Assembly (NCBI GenBank): GCA_017694295.1
Contig: JADINA010000024.1
Coordinates: 5,295-69,294 of the forward strand
Origin: Candidatus Alloenteromonas pullistercoris
Lineage (GTDB): Bacteria > Bacillota_I > Bacilli_A > RFN20 > CAG-826
Length of the DNA stretch: 64,000 nt
Direction of reading: 5' to 3'
Shown here: positions 39,589 through 47,967 of the stretch, one piece after another
Position numbering within the stretch: the first letter of the stretch is position 1
Layout of the letters: each line of letters starts with the position of its first letter
Made by a program: the position numbers and the translations under genes
Notes under the pieces: model-generated
Database searches by the model: none
Seen by the model: the letters and a program-made list of their open reading frames with translations, nothing else
Told to the model about the DNA's origin: nothing

Positions 39589-40184
39589 GCAATTACCAAG
39601 TATATGGCTTGGAAAGGGCCGTTAAGGCCTCGGGCAACCCGATGAGGACGAAAATCGATACCTCCGAGCCCAATGAAAAAGACTACGCCCGGGCCATTAA
39701 GCTAGGATCGACAAAAGGCGGGGAGGGGCATGACAATTTCCTAAAGGGCATCCTCGTCCAATTGGATGTGACCGCCCCTTTGTTTTGGTGGAAGGAAGCC
39801 CAGCGTTATCATTGGTTTGACTTCGTCTCGAGCCAATCGACCATGCATTGCCTTTTGAAGTTCGATGTTTCCCATCAATGCGTAGACGACACCGATCCGG
39901 TGGTTTTGGAAAGGATGAGGGCCCTCATCGATTCCTATAACTCCATTGCTGACGATGATGCCCACCGCGAAGAGAAAAAGGCCGCGTGGCGCGTTTTGGT
40001 CGCCTCCTTGCCTTGCGGTTTTTGCCTTTCGGCGACCATGACGACCAACTATCAGCAATTGAAGACGATGTACCGTCAGCGTCGCTTCCACAAGCTTAAG
40101 GAATGGCATGTTTTCTGCGATTGGTGCGAAAGCCTTCCCCATTTTGCCGAGCTTATCGGCCTAGACGGGGAAAAGGCGGACTAG
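39573..40184 (+). CDS. Divergent ThyX-like (flavin-dependent thymidylate synthase fold) protein
   Basis: GH..FL..I.V..D.TAP..WW.E..RY...SxSTMH and C-terminal NY..L...Y.QR..H.L.EW pattern of ThyX-like proteins. Overlaps the folD stop. Confidence 0.6.
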   Translation: MEFAISNYQVYGLERAVKASGNPMRTKIDTSEPNEKDYARAIKLGSTKGGEGHDNFLKGILVQLDVTAPLFWWKEAQRYHWFDFVSSQSTMHCLLKFDVSHQCVDDTDPVVLERMRALIDSYNSIADDDAHREEKKAAWRVLVASLPCGFCLSATMTTNYQQLKTMYRQRRFHKLKEWHVFCDWCESLPHFAELIGLDGEKAD

Positions 40185-40298
40185 ATAGCCGCTTCCCCAT
40201 TTTTTAAGTGTTTTGTGATTGCTTAAACTGAGATGCCTAATTGCCCAAGGCGCAACTAGGCAATTTAAACAAGGTATTTTGGCCAATCCGCGATACAG

Positions 40299-41567
40299 TC
40301 AATTCTTTAAGCAACCTAAGGGCACCACGAATACGCCATCTTCCCTTCTATAGGCATTCTTTGTTCCGGTAAGTACCATTAAAAACGTCGGTTCCCCCAT
40401 CTTTTGGTTATTGACGTTATCTTTGAATTTAATAAGGTTCTTGCAGGATTTTTCTATTGCATCGTCGTCATAAAGCTTAATTTCGATCGCGGCCCATTTC
40501 CCGTTGCCAAAATGAATTATCGCATCCACTTCGAAATCGTTTTTGTCGCGATAGTGGAATAAACGGGCGCCGTTGGCTTCCGCGTAAATTTTCAAATCCC
40601 TAATCGCCATCGCCTCAAAGACAAAACCAAAAGTTTTGAAATCGTTAATCAAATCCTCGGGACTTACGTCCAATGCCGCGGCAGCGATTGAGGGATCGGC
40701 GAAATAACGTTTCGGCGAAGTCCTGATGGCGGTTTTGCTTCTTAATGAAGGCGACCACGCGCTTAATTCGTCAATGACGAAAATATCATTCAAATATTTT
40801 AAATACGAAGAAACGGTGGTGTCCGAAATAGGCAAATTCTCTCCGTAAACGTCTTTCAAAATTGTTGTCATCGGGCAAGAAGTGCCGATGTTTCTGGCGT
40901 AAGACCTCAAGGTTAATCTGAATTTCCTGGTATCGCGTTCTTGTTTTGCGTTTAGCATAAAATCTTGGTTAACCAACGAATCGAAATAGTTTTTGGCTAT
41001 TTCCAAACTATCTTCCTTGCCTAATTCCAAGACGCTGGGAAAACCGCCTCGGCAGGCTAAGTAGGCATAGTCCAAAACATCGAGTTTGGATATCGCCCCG
41101 CTAGGGTAAATGCCATCGAATAAGTCCTTTATCGAATATTCGCCGCCGCTGTCTTGGGATTCATATAAGCTCATTGGCCTCATTGCCAATGTGGAGATCC
41201 TGCCTAAACCGCTGTGGATTATATCAGCCGTTTCCAAAGGCGATGAACTGCCGGTGAGAATGAATTGACCGAACGAGCTTCTTTGGTCGATTTCGAACCT
41301 GATGGCATCCCAAATGAAAGGGATGGTTTGCCATTCGTCGATTAATAGCGGCGCCTCCCTATCCAAAAATTTTTTTGGTGAGGCCTTTGCCAAAGCGATA
41401 TTTTGTTCCCTTGTCGAAGGATCTTGCATATAAATAATCGAGTTGGCAATTTGCGAAGCCGACGTTGACTTGCCACACCATTTCGGGCCTTTAAGCAAAA
41501 CCGCGCCCGAAGTTCTCAATTTCTTTTTTAAAAGATCATCAATAATTCTAGGATAATATTTTTTCAT
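40299..41567 (-). CDS. AAA_14/DUF4143 family ATP-binding protein
   Basis: GPKWCGKST, LIDEWQ, LTGSS, GGFP, KRYFADPS, EVDAI. AT-rich relative to flanks. Confidence 0.9.
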   Translation of the reverse strand: MKKYYPRIIDDLLKKKLRTSGAVLLKGPKWCGKSTSASQIANSIIYMQDPSTREQNIALAKASPKKFLDREAPLLIDEWQTIPFIWDAIRFEIDQRSSFGQFILTGSSSPLETADIIHSGLGRISTLAMRPMSLYESQDSGGEYSIKDLFDGIYPSGAISKLDVLDYAYLACRGGFPSVLELGKEDSLEIAKNYFDSLVNQDFMLNAKQERDTRKFRLTLRSYARNIGTSCPMTTILKDVYGENLPISDTTVSSYLKYLNDIFVIDELSAWSPSLRSKTAIRTSPKRYFADPSIAAAALDVSPEDLINDFKTFGFVFEAMAIRDLKIYAEANGARLFHYRDKNDFEVDAIIHFGNGKWAAIEIKLYDDDAIEKSCKNLIKFKDNVNNQKMGEPTFLMVLTGTKNAYRREDGVFVVPLGCLKN

Positions 41568-41613
41568 GCAACAATTTTACATCAAATTTTGCTAATTTTT
41601 AATACTTTTTGCT

Positions 41614-41690
41614 TTTTGGCGGTTTTTCACTTGGCATTTTGGCGGTTTTTCACTTTGCGTTTTGGCGGGTTTTGACTTGGCATTTTGGCG
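41614..41690. repeat. 23-bp tandem repeat, 3 full copies plus 8 bp
   Basis: TTTTGGCGGTTTTTCACTTGGCA / ...CACTTTGCG / ...GGGTTTTGACTTGGCA / TTTTGGCG, with no spacers. Confidence 0.9.
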
Positions 41691-41714
41691 ACCATAATGC
41701 AACTGCCATTAATT

Positions 41715-42026
41715 TTATGAAAGGATTGCCGATAGGAAGCATAGACCCAACCTGCCCTTTCCCTACTTTATGTAGGATATGTCGGTGAGCAGGTGGAGGC
41801 TAGGCCGCGAGACGGCGAACTGGCGGTTGAGCTTGTTCGAAAACACCGCGTTCTCCGCGATGGCCTTGGCGATCCTCCGCAGCGGGTTGCGGCCCTCAGC
41901 GTATCCGCGAGCTGCGGGTCGATGATCTTCGCCATATCAAAAGCCTCCGGCTGTTTTCAGTGTAACCGGAGGCCGCGTTTTGGGGCACCTTTTTATTTAG
42001 GAGTCCGATTTATGGGGTCCAGTTTA
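41715..42026 (-). mobile_element. Internally deleted IS3-family remnant (terminal inverted repeat + transposase fragment)
   Basis: Minus frame reads NKLNRQF...LLTDISYIK*GKG..LCFLSAIL, the start of an IS3 DDE core, with stop and frameshift. 42003-42026 reads TAAACTGGACCCCATAAATCGGAC on minus, resembling IS3/IS150 ends. Confidence 0.7.
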
Positions 42027-42041
42027 TTGCTTCTGCCTTTT

Positions 42042-43019
42042 TTATTCTTGTTTCACTTTCCAGCGGCCATATTTCTTGCCGCCAATGCGCTTAAGTTTTC
42101 CTTCTTTTTTCAAAATAGCTACTATGCTTTTTACGGTTCGCAATGAAACGCCCAATTCCTCGGCGAGTTCTTCTGTTTTGATCGACGGGTTGGTTTTTAG
42201 CAAAACAAGCAATCTGACTTCTCTTGTATCACCCTTATTGGGAGAGGAAGGGGTGATATGCAGCTCTTTGTTTTCCAAGCGATTATTCTCATTTAATAAA
42301 AGATTTCTTAAAAACTTAATTAAATAGGACCTGTCTTCGTAAATGCCTTTTTGAATATTGGTGTAATTCGCCCTTACAAGAGCGTTTCTGAAATACCATG
42401 CGTTTTTGGCAAAGGTATCATTATTCGTGACATCAAAGCCAAGACTTCGAAGATATTTAATCGCAAATACGGCGGTGGTCCTTGTGTTTCCCTCTTCAAA
42501 GGCATGAATTTGCCACAGATTAGCGATGAAGACGGCTAAATGCACAATTGCTTCATCGATGGATAGCCTTGAATAGTCAAACTGTTTTTCCGTTTTGAAG
42601 TCATATTGAAGCGTCATTTCCAAATCCCTGAAATCGCCATAGATCACCGAGGCTCCATCAAGAACCCATTCTTTCTTTGAGAAGTTGCATGTTCTTAACT
42701 GCCCAGGGTGTTTCAACACACCAACAAAAAGCTTTTTGTGTATCGTTAATAACTGACCTACGGTAAACGTGAAGGAATCTTCGCCAATAAGACGTGCGAT
42801 TCGAATAGAAATTTTGTCAGCCTCTTCGCTTCTATCTTCCGTGGTTGGCTTACTTTCATAGTAAGAAGCGATGATGTTATCTAACTCTTCAAGCGAAATT
42901 TCGCCTTTAAGGTATCTTTCGGACTCTTTAACGAAATAGGATGAGTTTTTAAGACGATCGACATCTTGAAGACCAATTCCAGTTTCCAATATATATTTCT
43001 TTGTATAGTCGTTTTCCAC
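42042..43019 (-). CDS. Fic-domain protein with N-terminal VbhA-like segment and C-terminal HTH
   Basis: IGLQDVD..K.S.Y N-terminus; HAFEEGNTRT Fic motif; NPSIKTEELAEELGVSLRTV HTH. Confidence 0.85.
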   Translation of the reverse strand: MENDYTKKYILETGIGLQDVDRLKNSSYFVKESERYLKGEISLEELDNIIASYYESKPTTEDRSEEADKISIRIARLIGEDSFTFTVGQLLTIHKKLFVGVLKHPGQLRTCNFSKKEWVLDGASVIYGDFRDLEMTLQYDFKTEKQFDYSRLSIDEAIVHLAVFIANLWQIHAFEEGNTRTTAVFAIKYLRSLGFDVTNNDTFAKNAWYFRNALVRANYTNIQKGIYEDRSYLIKFLRNLLLNENNRLENKELHITPSSPNKGDTREVRLLVLLKTNPSIKTEELAEELGVSLRTVKSIVAILKKEGKLKRIGGKKYGRWKVKQE

Positions 43020-43086
43020 GAGAAAATAATATCATTTCACTTTTTAAGTGCAATCTTAAAGTGCAATTTGCACTTAAAACGGGGCG

Positions 43087-43114
43087 CAAAAAAAGCCGCC
43101 ATTTCCGACGGCTT
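43087..43114 (-). terminator. Terminator downstream of tRNA-Ala
   Basis: Minus strand: AAGCCGTC-ggaaat-GGCGGCTT-TTTTT. Confidence 0.75.
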
Positions 43115-43171
43115 ATCTTTGAACTGCCGAGGGCGAACGGAATCGGGCTGCGACAGCATGTTAATTCCCGG

Positions 43172-43247
43172 TGGTGGAGCATATCGGGATCGAACCGACG
43201 ACCTCATCGTTGCGAACGATGCGCTCTCCCAACTGAGCTAATGCCCC
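43172..43247 (-). tRNA. tRNA-Ala (anticodon CGC)
   Basis: GGGGCAT..TAGCTCAGTTGGGAGAGC..CATCG-TT-CGC-AA-CGATG..GGTTCGATCC..ATGCTCC-A-CCA; 76 nt with encoded CCA. Confidence 0.97.
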
Positions 43248-43337
43248 GGGCCCGCTTATTATATACTTCTGTTTTGCCAAGGCAAGAGGCGCCAATGATA
43301 CCTTGTGCTAAAGTCAAAAACCATAAATGCAGCTTGC

Positions 43338-44227
43338 TTAATATCGCACTTTAAAATAGTCAAGGTAACGTTTAAATTTGTCTTGCGCATTCAGGCAGGT
43401 ATCGCGTAAATAACCGCGTTCATTTGCCCATTCCTTTAAGCCGCGATAATAGAATAGTTTCAGTTCTTCGTCGATAATGAAAGGCACAATATCGCATTTT
43501 AGGCATTCCTTGAAAAGCAACAATCTGCCGATGCGCCCGTTTCCGTCTTGAAAAGGATGAATGCACTCGAATTTGTAATGAAAGTCCAAGAGGTCGTCAA
43601 ATGTCTTTTCTTTCTTTGCGTTGTATTCAAAAAGCAATTCCTTCATTTTTTGGGCGACTTCTCCAGGTTGGGCTGTCAACATATCGCCGACGGTATTAGG
43701 CAATCGTTTGTAATCGCCAACGGCAAACCAATCTTGACGGGCATCCTTGTTCCGCTTTTTAATGTGCGGTGTAATTCCTTTATGAATGTTTCTGTAATTG
43801 GCTTTTTCGCCCTTTCGATAATCATGTCAATGCACTTAAAGTGATTAACCGTTTCCACAATGTCGTCGACCTTAACCGAGCCGCCGTCGATTCCAATGGT
43901 ATTCGTTTCAAAAATGTAACGGGTTTGGTCGTGTGTCAAACGACTTCCCTCTATATGATTGGAGTTGTAGGTTAATTCGATTTGTATCTTATGATAAATG
44001 CCACCTGAAAGCCTTGCTTTCTTTTCAGTTGAAAGTACCTCTAAAAGGGTAGTTGGCAATGCAACTTTCTTATTCGCTCGATCGGGTTTTTGAGCGTCTT
44101 CGGGAATATTCCACGTCTTACCCGTTAAAAACGCGCCAGTTATCCTTCCCAAAGCGCAGTAGTTGCGGACGCTTCTCTCCGATATATTCCATTTTTTAGC
44201 CGTTTCTGTTACAGACAAATATTTCAT
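43338..44227 (-). pseudogene. HTH-Fic protein split by an apparent 1-nt deletion near 43746
   Basis: N-terminal MKYLSVTETAKKWNISERSVRNYC HTH and YNSNHIEGS. Restoring one base in ACA AG_ GAT gives SGTxDARQDWFAVGDYKRLPN...HPFQDGNGRIGR. Confidence 0.85.
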
Positions 44228-44628
44228 ATCATTGCGCCCCGTTCATTGTGATTGTATATCATATTATCGGCAAAAAAGTAAATTCGCTGCTCATAATTTG
44301 CAAGATTTTTGCCGATATAGGCAAACATATTGTCTTTTGCACCTACAAAAATTCCTACAAAAGCCCGCATTATCAATAGATCATCTAAAGGATAATTTTT
44401 CGACAATTCTGGGTTGTTAAACAGCAATAAAAAATGATAGGCAACAAATGCGAAATAAAACTTGAAAACCGCTTTGGAATTTACCTTGCCCAAGCGACAA
44501 AGAAAGGGCTTCAATCGGTAAAACGGCATTTCCTAGATGCCGTCTTGAATGCCTTTTCGCAAGCCAAAATCAAGACTGGAAAGGAAAATCTTTGCCCGTA
44601 TCATTATCCTTGCCAGGAGGAAGAAGCG

Positions 44629-45870
44629 GTGGAGGAAGCATACGCGGTCATCGATTTGAAAAGCTTCTATGCAAGCTGCGAATGTGCGGCCCGCGGGCTT
44701 GATATTTTCTCTACCCCATTAGCCGTGGCAGATCCGACCAGAAGCGCCAATTCCATCGTCATGTCGGTCACCCCCTATCTTAAGAAGAAATATGGGGCCT
44801 CCAACGTTTGCCGGGTCCGCGACCTTCCTAATGACGAGAACCTCATATTCGCCAAGCCAAGGATGGCCTATTATTTGGAAATGTCCGCAAAAGTTGTCTC
44901 CATTTTCAGCGATTTCCTCGATGAAGAGGATATTCACGTCTATTCCGTAGACGAGAGCTTCCTTCATCTCACCCCCTATCTCTCCCTTTATTCGAAAACC
45001 CCGGAGGAGCTTTGCCTTGCCATTCAAAGGCGCATCAAGGAAGAGCTTGGCCTAGTCGCCACCTGCGGCATAGGCCCCAATATGTTCTTGGCTAAGATCT
45101 GCCTTGATAACGAAGGGAAGAAAAAGCCGCCTTTTATGGCAAGGTGGGGATATGAAGACGTCAAGACGAAGCTCTGGTCCATCTCGCCCATAACCGAGAT
45201 ATGGGGCATCTCAAACGGAATCGCCTCCCATCTATACCGGATTGGGATAAGGAGCCTAAAGGAATTGGCTTTGGCCGATGAGTTTTTGCTTAAAAGGGAA
45301 TTCGGCGTGATGGGCGCTCAGCTTCATGACCTGTCAAATGGCATCGATAGGAGCGACATCCGCGAGGAATACGTCCCCAAAAACAGGAATCTAAGCATTG
45401 GCCAAACCTTGATGAGGGATTACGACGGAAAAGGGGCCAGGCTTGTGCTACGGGAAATGGTCGATGACCTATCCCATCGCCTAAGGGCGGCCGGATGCGA
45501 AACGACGTTGGTGTCTTGCTACGTCGGCTATTCCGATTGCACCGGCTTCTCCAGGCAATGCTCCCTTTCAATCCATAGTGATGATCCGGATGCTTTATAT
45601 GACGCGGTCATCGCCATCTTCGATAAGCACAACGTCAATAAGCCCATTCTCCATCTTGGCGTCTCGTTTGGGAAGATCAAACCTTATGCCTTCCGCCAAA
45701 ACACCATCTTCCTATCCGATGAGGAGGCCGAGAAGAAGAGGCAGCTGAACATCGCCCTTGACGCGATAAATGCCAGATATGGGAAAGACGCCTGTCTGCG
45801 CGCCTCCTCGCTGACCGCGGATTCGACTATTAGGCAAAGGCATAAGCAAATCGGAGGGCATCGGGCATGA
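44629..45870 (+). CDS. Y-family DNA polymerase (UmuC/UvrX-like)
   Basis: IDLKSFYASCE, YSVDESF, GIGPNMFLAK, WGI..G. GTG 44629 has SD AGGAGG 8 nt upstream. Confidence 0.9.
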   Translation: MEEAYAVIDLKSFYASCECAARGLDIFSTPLAVADPTRSANSIVMSVTPYLKKKYGASNVCRVRDLPNDENLIFAKPRMAYYLEMSAKVVSIFSDFLDEEDIHVYSVDESFLHLTPYLSLYSKTPEELCLAIQRRIKEELGLVATCGIGPNMFLAKICLDNEGKKKPPFMARWGYEDVKTKLWSISPITEIWGISNGIASHLYRIGIRSLKELALADEFLLKREFGVMGAQLHDLSNGIDRSDIREEYVPKNRNLSIGQTLMRDYDGKGARLVLREMVDDLSHRLRAAGCETTLVSCYVGYSDCTGFSRQCSLSIHSDDPDALYDAVIAIFDKHNVNKPILHLGVSFGKIKPYAFRQNTIFLSDEEAEKKRQLNIALDAINARYGKDACLRASSLTADSTIRQRHKQIGGHRA

Positions 45871-46172
45871 GCGATCGCGGGATGGTCAAATGGATGCCCT
45901 ATCAATCGCTGGTGGAGCAATCGAGTTTTTTGGCGCGGATGCGCTACGAGAAGAACAAAAAACCCCGCCCCCACATTTCCTCGGACAGGGCCCGCGAGAT
46001 AAACGAGATCCTGGTCACCTATGAGGGCGAGGAGGTCGCCGCCCGTTATTACCATGACGGCTATCTTTACGACCTCACCGGGAGGATTTCGAAAATCGAC
46101 GCGCTTTACCGCCGGCTTTGGATCAACGGCATCCTCATTCCCTTCCCCGACTTAATCGACTTGCGGCGATAA
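45867..46172 (+). CDS. YolD-like protein
   Basis: DRGM.KW.P..SL signature. Overlaps the polymerase stop. Confidence 0.88.
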   Translation: MSDRGMVKWMPYQSLVEQSSFLARMRYEKNKKPRPHISSDRAREINEILVTYEGEEVAARYYHDGYLYDLTGRISKIDALYRRLWINGILIPFPDLIDLRR

Positions 46173-46173
46173 G

Positions 46174-46205
46174 AAAAACCCGCCAGGGGTTTCCTAGCGG
46201 GCGTT
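46174..46205 (-). terminator. Terminator between yolD-like gene and the small ORF
   Basis: Minus strand: CCCGCTAGG-aaac-CCTGGCGGG-TTTTT. Confidence 0.75.
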
Positions 46206-46220
46206 TGTAAGCTATTTGGA

Positions 46221-46379
46221 TTAGATGTTGGCGTAAGTGCCGACCCGCCCAAGCGCGTAATTGGTGCAGAGAGCGGCCATGGCGTAAGCATACATCCGGC
46301 AATCTTCAACAGCTTGCATCTGCGCTTCGTCGGAATCGAGATCGTATTCGTGGAAGCGGAAGTTGTATTTCTTTTCCAT
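46221..46379 (-). CDS. 52-aa hypothetical small protein
   Basis: MEKKYNFRFHEYDLDSDEAQMQAVEDCRMYAYAMAALCTNYALGRVGTYANI. SD AAGGAGG before ATG 46379; own terminator. Confidence 0.7.
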   Translation of the reverse strand: MEKKYNFRFHEYDLDSDEAQMQAVEDCRMYAYAMAALCTNYALGRVGTYANI

Positions 46380-46464
46380 TTGCGTTCCTCCTTGCTTTGT
46401 TGGCATTGGTCTAGTTTTTTCTAGACGCCAATAATATAGGGGCGGAGTAAAAAACTGGCTAATT

Positions 46465-46607
46465 TGTAAGCGGTACCTGAAAAGGCTTTCAACATTGATA
46501 AACGAAAAACCGGCTTACTATCGATTGAATATTTACCAAATGGAAGCGTTTACATCATTTTATGAAAATTTACGAAGCATTTTCAAAGCGTTTTCAAAGC
46601 ATTTTGG
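46465..46607. promoter_or_regulatory. Cluster of cre-like (CcpA/LacI-family) sites and 11-bp direct repeats
   Basis: TGGAAGCGTTTACA (46541-46554), TGAAAAGGCTTTCA (46478-46491), TGTAAGCGGTACC (46465); AAGC(A/G)TTTTCA x3 (46575-46607). Confidence 0.55.
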
Positions 46608-46658
46608 CCAAGAAAAAAGGCCTTCGCCAAGAAGGCAAAGGCCCGAATGGTTGATCGC

Positions 46659-47885
46659 TTAGATGGCCCAGGTCCCGTTTTCGAAGATGACGACCGTTTC
46701 CCCTTTTTCGGTCAAAGCCTCGATCTTTAGGTCGCTGGTCCCGATCATGAAGTCGACGTGGCTGATCGATTCGTTGATGCCGAAGGAATGGAGCTCGTCT
46801 TCGGTGTACATCTCATGCCTTGGGTAAAGGTTGGTGAAGCCCCGCCCAATGGCCAAATGGCAGCAGGCGTTTTCGTCGAATAGGGTGTTGTAGAACAATA
46901 GCCCGGTTTTGTTGATCGGCGAATCGAAGGGCACCAAGGCGCATTCGCCCAAATACCCGGCGCCCGCGTCGATCGTGATGATCGATTCCAAGACCTCTTT
47001 GCCTTTTTCGGCCTGGACTTCAACCGCCTTGCCCTCGTGGAAACGGATGAAGAAGTTTTTGACAAGATGCCCTTGGTAGCTTAGTGGCTTAGAGGAGTAG
47101 ACGATGCCCTCGGCTTTCCCTTTTATGGGCGAGGTGAAGCATTCCTCGCTCGGGATGTTGGGCTGATAATAGACGCCTTGGATGGTTTTCTCCCCGCCGC
47201 CGAGCCAAATGACGTCGGGATTAAGCCCGATGGTCAGGTCGGTGCCGTTGGAGGCGGTGTAATGGAGCTGCGTTATCCGCAGGTCGTTAAGCTTATCGCA
47301 TTGGGCTTTGAGGTTTTGGTCGTGCTTCTCCCAATTGGCGATGCCGTTGCCGTCTTTCGCCCTTGAGGCGGTGAGGATGGCGTCCCAAAGCAGCTTCATC
47401 CCCTCGGCCTTGGTTTTGCCCGGGAAAACCTTCTTGGCCCATTTCGGGCTTGGGACGGCGGCGATGCACCATTGGTATTTGTTCTCCCTCTTCTTTATGA
47501 GATCGAAGACCTCGGATTGCTTCCTCGATTTGATTTTGGCGGCTTTGCTAGGATCGGTGCCGCGGAGGGCATCGGGGTCGTCGGAATCGAGCCAGAGGTA
47601 GCAGGGGAGGGCCTCGCTCCACCATTGCTGGAAGGCGATTTCCTGGGGAAGGTTTTTCATTAAGGGCCGTAAATGGCCTTTCTTGAGATCGACGCGGTTG
47701 AGTTTCTCCGATTGCCAGCTCATGACGACGCGGCTGGCCCCCGCGTTATAGCATTCCTTGGCGACGATGGCGGCGAAGGCCTCCTGGTCGACGTTGGCTT
47801 TGATGATGACCGCCTGGCCTTTTTCGAGGGCTAGTCCAGAACGGACTATGAGTTTGGCATAGCTTTTCAGTAGGGCTTGTTTCAT
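46659..47885 (-). CDS. Aminopeptidase, M29 (AmpS/PepS) family
   Basis: W.IA..P...WA, NIPSEE.FT.P, YLGECAL, LFDENA.CH.A.G, HVDFMIG. True start is MKQALL at 47885. Confidence 0.93.
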   Translation of the reverse strand: MKQALLKSYAKLIVRSGLALEKGQAVIIKANVDQEAFAAIVAKECYNAGASRVVMSWQSEKLNRVDLKKGHLRPLMKNLPQEIAFQQWWSEALPCYLWLDSDDPDALRGTDPSKAAKIKSRKQSEVFDLIKKRENKYQWCIAAVPSPKWAKKVFPGKTKAEGMKLLWDAILTASRAKDGNGIANWEKHDQNLKAQCDKLNDLRITQLHYTASNGTDLTIGLNPDVIWLGGGEKTIQGVYYQPNIPSEECFTSPIKGKAEGIVYSSKPLSYQGHLVKNFFIRFHEGKAVEVQAEKGKEVLESIITIDAGAGYLGECALVPFDSPINKTGLLFYNTLFDENACCHLAIGRGFTNLYPRHEMYTEDELHSFGINESISHVDFMIGTSDLKIEALTEKGETVVIFENGTWAI

Positions 47886-47967
47886 GGCTTTCTCTTTAGG
47901 TGTCCTTTCTTGGCGCGTATAATTTAAGCGGATTTCCCATAAAAGGGAAAATATTTTTGCGAGGCCC

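Noticed and set aside
41614-41690. Possible CRISPR array
   Set aside because: Repeats are head-to-tail with no spacers, and no cas genes are in the window.
41730-41990. GC-rich island in AT-rich DNA that first looked like a structured ncRNA
   Set aside because: Better explained as an IS3 transposase fragment on the minus strand.
44434-44628. 65-aa N-terminal extension of the Y-family polymerase in the ORF track
   Set aside because: Family homology starts at the GTG at 44629, which has a perfect SD.
40185-46660. Intact integrative element or prophage at tRNA-Ala
   Set aside because: No integrase, no attL/attR duplication of the tRNA 3' end, and no structural or conjugation genes seen.
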